Source: Chiloscyllium plagiosum (lineage: Eukaryota). From it: a stretch of 64,000 nucleotides of DNA. Under the pieces are notes generated by a model. The model made no database searches. It was not told the DNA's origin and saw nothing but the letters and a program-made list of their open reading frames with translations. The stretch covers positions 79,563,570 through 79,627,569 of the forward strand of contig NC_057711.1 of NCBI RefSeq assembly GCF_004010195.1, read 5' to 3'. This document shows positions 1-10,975 of this stretch, one piece after another. Both the position numbers and the translations under genes were made by a program. Positions within the stretch are counted from its first letter, which is position 1. Each line of letters begins with the position of its first letter.

Positions 1-330
1 TCGAGGTTTATAAGATGATCAGAGGAATAGATAGAGTAGACAGTCAGAAACTTTTTCCCCGGGTACAACAGAGTGTTACAAGGGGACATAAATTTAAGGT
101 GAAGGGTGGAAGGTATAGGGGAGATGTCAGGGGTGGGTTCTTTACCCAGAGAGTGGTGGGGGCATGGAATGCGCTGCCTATGGGAGTGGTAGAGTCAGAA
201 TCTTTGGTGACCTTTAAGCGGCAATTGGATAGGTACATGGATGGGTGCTTAAGCTAGGACAAATGTTCGGCACAACATCGTGGGCCGAAGGGCCTGTTCT
301 GTGCTGTATTGTTCTATGTTCTATGTTCTA
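1..330 (+). mobile_element. CR1-group LINE 3' end (ORF2 C-terminus and tail)
   Basis: ORF 15-257 RGIDRVD...TRGHKFK...FFTQRVVGAWNALP; tail GGGCCGAAGGGCCTGTTCTGTGCTGTA followed by (GTTCTAT)n. Confidence 0.92.
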
Positions 331-439
331 CCCACCTCATCTCCATAACCGTGCATACCACAGGTAATCAGAAACCTAGTACTCTCTATCTTAAACACAC
401 TCAAAGACTGAACTTCCCCAGCCATCTGTGTTAGAGAAT

Positions 440-2380
440 TCCAGTATCTGCTGTCTTTGTCCTTCCAAGTGATATTATTTACTGTTTTGAAATGTATTGT
501 CAAAGGGGCCTTGAACAGTTGCTGCAGGGTATCTTTATTTAGAGTACATGTTGTTGTCACTGTGTGAGGTGGTGGATAGTAAATCAAGTAGGCCCCTACT
601 CAATGATGTCGAGTTGGTAGAACATATCGAGCTAAGGAAGTAGAGAATATTCCAAAATATTTTTAACTTATGCCTTGTAAATGATAGGCATGCTTTGGGA
701 GACAGCAGGTGAGTTAATTGCTGTGGAGTTCCAAGCTCTGATCTGCTATTGTAGTTACTGTATTAATATGCTGGTTCAGGTCACTTTCCCATCAATGGTA
801 ACCCCACCAGGATGTTAGTTGTTCAGGATTCAACAATCAGAGCCAATAAAGTGTGAGATTGGAAGAAGTACATTAGGTCAGACAGCATCTGGGGAGCAAG
901 ACAATCAATGTTTCGAGCATAACCCTTCATCAGGATGTGAAGGAGAGATAGTTAGATTATTCCTTGTTGGAGATGGTCATTGTCTGGCGCATACATGCTA
1001 TTTGCCATTAATGAGCCCATGTCTGGATGTTTTCTTGGTCTTGCTGGGAATGGACATGACTGATCTAAAGATGATAACAAACATTTTGTAATCATTAGCG
1101 AACATCCCTATTTCTAATCTGACCTTCCGATGCAGAGAAGATTGCTGATGAAGCAGTTGAAGATGGTTGGTCCCAGCACACTACCTTGAGGTGTTCTGGA
1201 GATGAGATGACTGACCACCAACAATCGCAACCATCTTCCTTTGTGCCAGGCATGACTCCAATTAGTGGAGCGATCTCTCTCCCCACCACCATTTCCATTG
1301 ACTTTAATTTTGCCATTATTAATCATACTGAGGCACATTCTGCCTTGATGTCATAGGTGGTTACTATCTGCTCATCTCTAAAATACACCTGGGTTTTGCA
1401 TCGTTTGGACCCAGGCTGTAATGAAGTCAGGAGGCAGGTGACCATGGTCGAATTTGAACTTTGCATCAGTGAGCAGGTTAATGTTGTGCGAGTACTCCTT
1501 GACAATACCGTTAATGACCTCTTTCATGACTTTACTAATAATCAGATGTAAGCTGATGATGTGGTAATTGGCTACGTTGATTGTTTCTGATTTTTGTGGA
1601 CAGGACATATCTGATCGATGTTACACAGTGTTGGGTGGACGCACTATTGTAACTGTACTGGAACCACTTGAATAGGGGTGTGGCTTGTTCTGGAGTACAA
1701 GTCTCCTATTTCCAGAATGTCAGAGCCCATAGCGTTTGCAGTATCCAATGATTGCAGCCTTTTTTTGATACCACCTGAAATAAATTCAGGCTGAAGACTG
1801 GCATCAATGATGCTGGGGACCTAAGCTGCTTAGATAGATTATCACCTCAGCATTTCTGGCTGAAAATGATTGCAAGTGCTTCAGCCTAGTCTTTTGCACT
1901 GATGTGCTGGACTTATCTTGTCATTTAAGGATGTTGATATTTGTGGACCCTCGTCTAATTATTTGTTTAATGACACATCAGCATTCACACCTGAATGTTA
2001 CAGAACTCCAGAGTTTAAATGTGATGTGTCAGTAGTGGGATCATTTAGCTCTGTCTGTCGCATGCTGCTTCCACTGTTTGACACACAAGTAGCCCTTTTT
2101 TATAGTTTCATCAGATTGGTACCTTTTTTTCAGGTATGCCTGGAGTCACTTCTGACATATCCTGCTGCACTCTCCATTGAGCCATAATTAATTTCTCAGT
2201 TTTATGGTAATAATGCAATGGGAAACATGCCAGCCCATGAGGCTATCATTTGAGGTTGCATTCAGTTTTGCTGCTACAGTCACAGTGCCACGTGGATATC
2301 CAGTTTTGAAATGTTAAGTCTGTTTGAAATCTGCCCATTCAACACAGTAGTAGTCCCAATCAACATGATGGAACTGTGTG
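440..2380 (-). mobile_element. Old degraded LINE (second CR1/L2-group family), RT region
   Basis: Minus-strand fragments PQGSVLGPTIFNCFISNL and NLLTDAKFKF...HLPPDFITAWVQT; many stops; similar to copies at 32566, 55763 and 59880. Confidence 0.75.
850..940 (-). mobile_element. Penelope-like pLTR relic with decayed hammerhead motif
   Basis: Reverse complement of 906-933 reads CTGATGA-A-GGGTTATGCTC-GAAA-CATTG; flank resembles the 34731 and 40360 copies. Confidence 0.65.
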
Positions 2381-2910
2381 TCCATTTAAATATGGATCTT
2401 CTGGGTGATACCTGCCACTTCTGAGATCAGAAGCATGTAATGTTAAGGAACTACCTTGCCAGCTCCCAGCAGGATTTATGAAGAAGGGGTAGAATTTGGT
2501 GGAACTTGGACCCACTGCTAAATTCTGATCATTCAATCTGCATTTGTCCTGGTCATTGTCTCCCAGATCCAAACGTTCTGGGTCTTGAATCTGAAAGAGT
2601 CAAAATTTACAGCAGTATTTGTGGTCTAAACCACAGCTTTGAAAATGATGCTTCAGCAAAATAAGTGGACCAAAATAATTGATAACGGATAATTATTGGC
2701 TCTTTTATGAGAATTTAGCTAGTTCAGATTATTGATTCATATGTTCGTTAGGTAGTAATTTGATTGCATTTTAATTGTCAGATCATTTTCACTACTTCAA
2801 CATTGTGTGTTTAGAATTGCTCAACATCCTTTAAATGCTTGCATCACTATAAGTTAGTTTATAGTTACAATAGAATTAGGAGGACTGTAAAACAAAAGAG
2901 ATGATACTAC

Positions 2911-4228
2911 TAGAATATAGAAACATAAAAACTAAGAGCAGGAGTAGGCCATAGAGTTATACAGCACAGAAACAGACCTTTCAATCTAGCCAGGCCATGC
3001 CGACCATAATCCCAAACTAAACTAGTCCCATCTGGGCTTGGCCTATATCCCTCCAAACATTTACTATTCATGTACTTATCTAAATGTCTTTTAAATGTTG
3101 TAACTGTATCTGTATCCACCACTTCCTCTGGAAGTTCATTCCACACTCAGACTACTTTGTGCTTTTAAAAAAAAGCTCTCCTGTCTTTTTTAAGTCTTTC
3201 TCCTCTCATCTTAAAAATATGCCCCCTAGTCTTCAAATCCCCAAAACTAGTGAAAAGACACCTGCCATTCACCTGATCCATACCCTTATTATTTTACAAC
3301 TTCTAAAAGTTTACCTCTCAGACTTCTGTGCTCCAGTGAAAAACGTCACAGCCTATCTAACCTCTCCTTACAACTCAAACCCTCCATTCCCAGCAACATC
3401 TCAGTAAATTTCTTCTGAACTGTCTCCAGCTTAATAATATCCTCCCTATAACAGGGTGACCAGAAATGGACACAGTACTCCAGAAGAGGTCTCACCTATG
3501 TCCTGTACAACTTCAACATAATGTCCCAACTCCCATATTTAAAGGTCTGAGCAATGAAGGCAAAAATGCTAAATGCCTTTGAAACCATATTATTTATATG
3601 TGAAGCAAACGTCAGCAAAGAATGGATCTGAACCCTAGGTCTCTCTGTTCTACAACATTGCCCAATGCCCTGCTTTCTATTGTGTAAGTCTTGTCTTTAT
3701 TTTACCAAAATGTAATACCTCACATTTATTCAGATTAAACTCCATTTGCCACTCTTCAGCCCAATTGATTTTTTTGTATTCTTAGATAACCTTGTTCATT
3801 ATCCAATTTTGGTGCCATATGCCAACTTATTAACCAGGCTTTCTATATTCTCAACTAAATCATTAATATAAGTGGCAAACAAAAGTGGAACCAGCCCCGA
3901 TCTCTGTGGAGCACCACTGGTCATAGGTCTCCAGTCCAAAAAACATCACTTTGTCTGCTGTCGTTAAGGCCATTTGGTCCTTTGAGCTTGCTTAGCTATT
4001 CAATATGATCATGGCTGACCATTCAACTCCGTAACCTGTTCCGAATTTCTCCCCATACCCTTTGATCTGTTTAGTCCTAAGAATTATAGCTAACTCGTTC
4101 TTAAAAACCTTCAGTGTTTTGGCTTCAACCACTTTCTGCGGCAGAGAATGCTGCAGACTCACTACTCTCTGGTGACAAATTTATTCTTGATCTCAGTCCT
4201 AAATAGCTATCCCTTTATCCTTAGATTC
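2911..4228 (-). mobile_element. Nested CR1 LINEs: younger 3' fragment (2953-3966) inserted into an older CR1 tail
   Basis: Inner ORF WNELPEEVVDTDTVTTFKRHLDKYM; host tail (...GGAGTAGGCCAT / AGGCCATTTGGTCC...) resumes after the insert; AGGCCAT duplicated at 2946-2952 and 3967-3973. Confidence 0.85.
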
Positions 4229-4461
4229 TGTTGGCATTCTGATCTAGAGTTGATGAACGATAGTACTGGATCACAATCTTTACGCATTTTATAAGCTTTT
4301 ATTTTCAGTGATATATGATACAAACATACGCCTCCAAACCCATCTGTTATAGTTTCTGTTTGTTCCTATATAGAAGAGCCGAGGTAAATCCACTGTTAAT
4401 ACTTATCACCTGAACACAGTTAAAAGCTTAATTAGCATGAAACTGTGTGAATGAATTAACA
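4229..4461 (-). mobile_element. Solo LTR, 233 bp
   Basis: Termini TGTT...AACA; exact 5-bp TSD GATTC at 4224-4228 and 4462-4466; TATATA at 4367-4372 followed on the minus strand by AATAAA at 4298-4303. Confidence 0.8.
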
Positions 4462-5539
4462 GATTCCCTTCTCTCTACTTAAATAGTCAGAGTTCATACG
4501 TACAACCAAAATTTGCAAAATAGTTCAGATTAAATACAAAAAACGTTTCCTTATCCTCTGTAAAGCATTACAATAACAGATACTCTTCTTATTCTTCCTT
4601 ACTCCTAATGCTTTATGTCTGCATATGTTTCTTTTAGTGAAGCCATCTGGCAGTCAGTGGCTCAATTCTCCTCATTTAATTTTAGAAATTTTCTTTCTCT
4701 CTAGCATTTGTTCCAAATGGACAACAGCAAAACATGACCTTTTCTCACTCATCTTTTTTTGCAGAGTCTGCATTAATCATGACCTGTCAATTTTAATTTG
4801 CTTTCTCCCATCTTTCTCTCCACGATGACTGCTGAGAGTTCTATTATATGCCTGAAATTCTTTTACTTACTTAGTTTCTAATATTTGCCTTTAAACAACC
4901 ATTCCCTGCTTCCATGTTCTGATCCAAATTATCACATTGTGAGGAAAGAATTGGAATCATGTCTTTACATGCTCAACAATCTATTATTTGCAGAGATTAG
5001 TGTTTTAAATGTGCACCTTCACAACCAACTATCATAGTTTCAATCTGTTACTCTTTGCAGAAGCTCAGAAGAATCCCCAGTTAATGCCCATCAAATTCTT
5101 CAATTACTGGTCAATTACTGCACACCTGTATTTACCTTTTTGTGCAAATATACCTTGAGGCAATGTTATCTTTTCTCAAAAAATAATTAAAATATGGAAA
5201 TTTCTCACATTGCTTGAATGATCCCTATAAAATTCAAGATATTACTTTGCACCCTCTGCAGTCCCAAAACATAATCAACTAAAGATTTATCTATGCTATG
5301 CCTGCATCAAGACCAAACCTGTAATGAGGTAAGCAGCTACCTCATTGACTCGATTGCAGCAAATTTGCTTTCCATTGGCTTTCTCTTCGTTCAGGTGGGA
5401 GTCGAGCAGCAAGGTATAAAAACATGTTGTATAGCCAGCCTTCTGTTCTTGGAGACAGTCTGTCCCTCTTACAGGAAGTTTTTGATGAATTATAAGAGGC
5501 TGCTGATGAATACTGTTGCTACAATTGTGAACAGGTAAA

Positions 5540-5748
5540 ATGGAAAACCAGGACAGAGATAGAGTTCCTGTATATTTGACAAGGTTCTGGGAGCCTTGAT
5601 GATGGAGGTGCTCAAGAAGAAAGACACTGTGTTTCACCTAGGGTTTGAGGAAAGGCATTGGGAGCAGATGGTCGGAAAGGTTGATTCCTGGTGTTTGGAC
5701 CTATGGAGCCAGCAGCACTATTACAAGGAGTCTAATGACCTCATCTGA
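5540..5748 (+). pseudogene. Decayed Myb/SANT-like ORF of a PIF/Harbinger-type transposon
   Basis: MENQDRDRVP / frameshift / KVLGALMMEVLKKKDTVF...WEQMVGKVD...WSQQHYYKESNDL resembles the L..L..EV...W..V...C.K..NDL trihelix pattern; recognised by eye only. Confidence 0.45.
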
Positions 5749-6659
5749 ATGCTCAAGATCAGTGAATTTGTCTTCACATGATATCTCCTGTTTCATCAGT
5801 TCACCAGCTTTGCATTACGTAGTGTACCACACTGCCTTCATTCAGTCCCTGGCACTTAGGACTCACACCTAACATCCAATTATTTCAGCTAATTCTTACA
5901 GATCTTCCAGTGCTGCCAACTTTACACCCACCTCTCACCATCTTTATATGGGAGGTACTGCACCTAATCATGGTGCTGTTTAATTTTCTTTGTTCTTCTC
6001 TCCTGCTTGCAGGACAAAGCAGCATGCAGTAAGAGAGTTATCGAGCAGAATGGGTACAGTACAGGGATATTTTCATCTTCCCGAGTGCTGCAAACGAGAC
6101 GCTCTGCATCATGGGACTGGCTATAGTAGAATCTGTTGCATTAGGATGATGGCATGTTTCGGCAATTTGCCCCTTAATTCCCATCTCACTTCCATGTGTG
6201 AGTTGCAGATGGATGTGACGACGAATGCCTGATTACTACCCAATTGGCCCCTTTTTGCTTCTCTGCTTTCTGGCACCTCAGAGCTGCTGCATATTCAGCC
6301 TCACAGCACATTCAGGAGGAAGGGAGAGAGCAGAAGCTCAGTAACAGTGAATAAGCCATGTCACGTGATCTGGCTAGATACTGGCCCTAGAGGCACAGAG
6401 GTAGGAACAGCATGTAGTTTATCAGCTGCAAACAAATCAGGGATAAAGAATGATCATATCATTTCTCTAGAGGATGTGATCGCAGGTGGACTCAACTGCA
6501 CGTGACTTGGATGAGGGCTTCCTTGGTATTGAATACTGGAAATGCCAATGGGCATGCAGACTAGTATACTGTCAAACAGTCTCCCTACCATCGCGCATTA
6601 ACAGGAGAGTCTGCATTTAGACAGAATTCCTCATAGACACTTAATTGGCCAACGTACCT

Positions 6660-7052
6660 ATAGCCAATGAATTATTTTTGAAATATAGTTACTGTTGTCA
6701 TAAAGGAAGTGAAAAACCAGTTTGTGCATAGTAAGCTGCCATAAACAGGAACATGATAATGATCAGATAATGTTTTTCGTGATATTGATTGAGGGATAAA
6801 TAATAGCCAGAAGACCCAGGGTAAGTTTCCTGCTCTTTTTCAGAAAAGCGCCATAGAATCTTTTGCATCCACTGGAAAAAGTGGGCAAATAGGGCCTGGA
6901 TTTACCATATGGTCTGAAAGATGTTGCTTCTGACAGTGCAGTATTTACTTGGTATCGTGCTTAGTGTCAGTCTTGATTTCTGTGCTCAAGCCTTGAATTG
7001 AGAGTTGAACTTGTAAGCAAGTGTCTTAGAGGTCAGAGTGCTATCCGTTGAA
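6660..7052 (-). mobile_element. DeuSINE (SacSINE1-like) tRNA-derived SINE
   Basis: Reverse-orientation blocks GAGGGATAAA...GCCAG, CCTGCTCTT, GATCAGATAA, TGACAGTGCAG; tRNA-like head (TTGAAC...AGAGG..AGAGTGCTA) at the right end. Confidence 0.7.
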
Positions 7053-7365
7053 TCATAGAATCATACAGTACGGAAACAGACCCTTGGTCCAACCAGTCCG
7101 TGCCAAACATAATCCCAAACCTAACTAGTCCCACCTGCCTGCTCCTGGCCTATATCCCTCCAAACCTTTCCTATTCATGTACTTATCCAAATGTCTTTTA
7201 AACATTATAATTGTACCCACAACAAACACTTCCTCAGGAAGTTCATTGCACACATGAACCACCCTCTGTGTAAAACTAAATTGCCCCTCGTGTCTCTAAA
7301 TGCTCTCTCCTCTCACCTTAAAAACATGCCCCCTAATCTTGAAATTCCCCCCCCCCGCCCGCCCC
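7050..7365 (-). mobile_element. CR1 LINE 3' fragment
   Basis: AATCATAGAATCAT tail; body closely similar to 2953-3240. Confidence 0.85.
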
Positions 7366-10300
7366 ATTAGATAATGACTGACAATCATCTCATGATAATT
7401 TATTTTGGTATTTCTTGCAAACAGTTCTGATGATCACACGATAAATGCATTCAGCAATATTCTAGTTATTTGTTGATTGTTGAGACCAACGTGGGTGGAC
7501 TTGATCTCTTGATACAAAAATAAGTGTTTCAAACCAGTGGACTATCCAAGTCCATTTTTGGGTTGCAAAAGTTAAATTTTACAAGAAATCATTACACGGG
7601 AAAAGACATACCTGGAAATGTTTGAACAGGGTTCTTCCAACATCTGCTACCATTTCTAACAACATATCAAGCTGCTGCACTTCTGCTGTCTCACTATAAG
7701 GACCACAGAGGGCAAAGATGAGAAAATCCAGAAGAGAACTAATCACCAATACCCCTGTCTCATGATCCACAGGTTGACAGAGGACATTACACAGAGTTTC
7801 ACCTTCTGCAGTCTCTTCTCTGTCTCCCTACTGTGTTGCAAACTCAGAGGCAATTTAAGTAAAGCATACCTGTTGCAGTCTTTCCATGGAGTCTGCACCA
7901 AATCTTCTGCCCTTTCTGTAAGAAATCAGTTACAGTCTCTACCAAATTTAGGAGCTCATCATGACAACTTCAGAATACTTTCTGAGACTTTACGCGAGCA
8001 GAGATTAGTCAAAACCTCCATATCTTCAAGTTGTGTGCCTGAAACTTTAGGTAGCAATCATACTGGCCTCTTCGTATAGCTAATGACTTGATCTGTGTTG
8101 ATTGCAAAGCAAATTTTTTGAATGGATGGTAATGGTGCTGTTGCTTGGAGACACCCTCTAATTCTTGGCTGCACCTCTCAGTGATACACATCATCCAACT
8201 AAGTTGATGTCTCTTTCTGCTGCCTTCCAATTTGTTTTCTGGAAGAGATTCCTGTCATGTTTCAGCTTTGATTAAATAGTCAAAATACTGACATTTTCTT
8301 TTTAGAATTTTTTTTAGAGCTTTGTTTTCCCCTTGCAATTTCAAGTACCTTTTCATATGGTCTGTAAATGGAATTTATTAGCATACATTTTAGCATCCGC
8401 ATTACAAAACCCTCTACTTTTCTTCCATGGATTTGACTTAGTGTTTAAGCTACTGAACCCTATAGGAAAGTTGGTGGAATGCAGGATCTAGAGCTTTCCC
8501 CTCATCTCATGTTTTAGTTTTTGTGTTGCTAACACATCATTAGCTTCACAAAATGGTGTGGCTATTTTGTGCACAAGTTGGGCATTGGGCCCCATACTAC
8601 TGGAAGGGCTACTTGATATCATGGTTGTGCGATTTCAGCTAAGGGACACTCTCATAGTACCTTTTTCAACGTAATATGCGATTCCGGCTGCATCAGAAGT
8701 AGCTGGTGATGCAAAATAATCTTCCAAGAGAGCATGCGGCTTCGTTAAGACCAACCTGAATTTTCTGCCCCTCTTTTTTTTTTTTTGCTTCTCTCTCAAA
8801 TGATGTGAATTATCACATAGTTCCATTGCGAAGAAAAAAAATTACTGGTATAAATTTAGCTTTAAGTGATAGAGATCACAGCTGATTTTATAGTTATAAA
8901 GAAAATAATTTTGCTTTCAGAAAGTTTGATATTCATCAGAATGATTTAGTTTAGGATGAAAAGCTTACTGCCAGCATTTCCAGATACAATAGCTAACTAA
9001 TTTCCTTAAATGTTTTCAGCAATGCACAAAGTAGCAGTTAGTCTCTTGTTTTATTGATCTGTCGTCTCTTAAGTGGTTCTGTGTAGGAGAGGTTTTTTTA
9101 TGATTTTATACCATGTGACTAATACTGATGTTTAACCGCTAGAATGTGACAATTCCCAACAGCTGCACTCTGTATTCTTGTACCAGATAATTTATTCACA
9201 CAGGATAATGCTCTTTAACATTTAACAGGTAATAAACATGACATAAATTTCCTCTTGCATTTAATTTTTCCCTTTTCTCCTCTACTTATGTGCAAACAGG
9301 CATTACGCGTGCTCTAAATAATCATCAATTTTGGCTTTTTGTCAAGGGGAAATTTCAGTGCAAATTTAAATTAATGATGCTTGAAATTTTTTATAGCTCC
9401 TTTGAAAGCCATTAGTGTGCAAAGTAAAGGCTACATTGGCAACAATTAGTGCAGGATATAATGGCAGCAAGTAAAGTTTGGTGTTGTACTGATTGTCTGA
9501 TGTACTGTTTGAAAAAAAACACTTGCATAATAGAATTTTTTTTTCTCTACAAATCAAACCACTGCAACCTTCTCGTGGATAGAAAATTGAAGTTGACAAT
9601 TTATTAGGTTCTGTTTTATTTATAACTTTCAATGTTATTAATTGTTTCACACAATGAGATTAGTTTCTTTCACAAAATATAATGGTGAATAAGTACAATT
9701 ATTTTTCTTTTAGCGGTAAACAACATCATGGTTTACAGTGGTGTAACACACCCACAGGAAACTTCTTTTATTAAAGTCAAAATCTCTCATTTCTATTGGT
9801 TATCTGTGATCCCTTTTATCATTGTTGTTTTAGTAACTAAAAATATTGAAATTTTGCTCTTAAAACAACACACTTTTACATAATATGCACAGTTTTCAGG
9901 CTTCAATTTCACATACACTTTCTAAATCAGTGCATGTAAAAATTGCCATCAATCAGTGTAGGCTGTGCTAACTGTAAAAGAGAAGATTCACAAAAATATA
10001 TTTAAGATTAGCATATGAACAGTTCCGCCATATATGAGGAGAAAAAGGCAATTGAATAAAAGCTATTCATAAAACAACTTCTACTTGAAAATTAAAAGTA
10101 TCTGTATTTCAATTCTGCCAACACCCTGAACTACACAGACATGCATTGTTTCTCGTTCTTCTTAAAGAGGTATTTCACCCTGCTGCTGAAGGAGGGAATT
10201 CAACAATTATGATAATAGGCTCATCTAAGCTGTTATGATGGCAATAGTTGTCTTAAAATTCAATAGAAATCTTGAGTTTAAATGGTGCTCCTTCAGTGAC

Positions 10301-10831
10301 ATTGTGAATGGAGAAGTGCTCTCAGGAGAGTGAGTTCTGCTTACAGGGGTTGCTGCCTGCCAGCACCTCTGAGGAATTAAATAGGTTATAAGGATGGCTG
10401 AAATAGGCAAGAATGTTTAAGATTAATTAATGCGAATTATGACACATTTCAATTACTGTAGCATTTTGGTATTCAAATTTGAAAAAACATTTTGGAAGCT
10501 GGAAGTTGACCCCTGTTCCCCCCCCACCACCCCCAATCATTGTCACAAACGACTGCATGGAAAGCTGTCCTTTCTAATACTACTTTAAAAAAGAATTAGT
10601 AGCCTGTCCCTTGGTTAGAAAGAAGTTGCTGTAATTTTGTATGGTACAGCTTTCAAATTTGTAATGAATAGGTAGATCAGTTAATACGTTTTATGGATAT
10701 TGCCAAACATCTGTAATTATCTAAGGAGACATCTAACAATTCGTAATTGTAGAGCAGCAAACAATTGTAAAATAGTTGCAGCACAAATTAATCTCATTCA
10801 GCCTGTTGAGTTTGTGCCAGGTTTTGCTTAC

Positions 10832-10975
10832 AAACATACAAATTAAGAGTAAGAGTTGATCATTCAGCCTCTCGATCCTGGTGTTCCATTCAACAAGATT
10901 ATGGATAATCTAATTCTGGCCTCGATTCCACATTGTTGTCTACCTCAGATAACCTCTGACTCCCTTGTTGGTCAT
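10832..10975 (-). mobile_element. Short old CR1 3' tail
   Basis: CATTCAGCCTCTCGA...CCATTCAACAAGATTATGG similar to 3970-4020 and 31610-31700. Confidence 0.6.
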
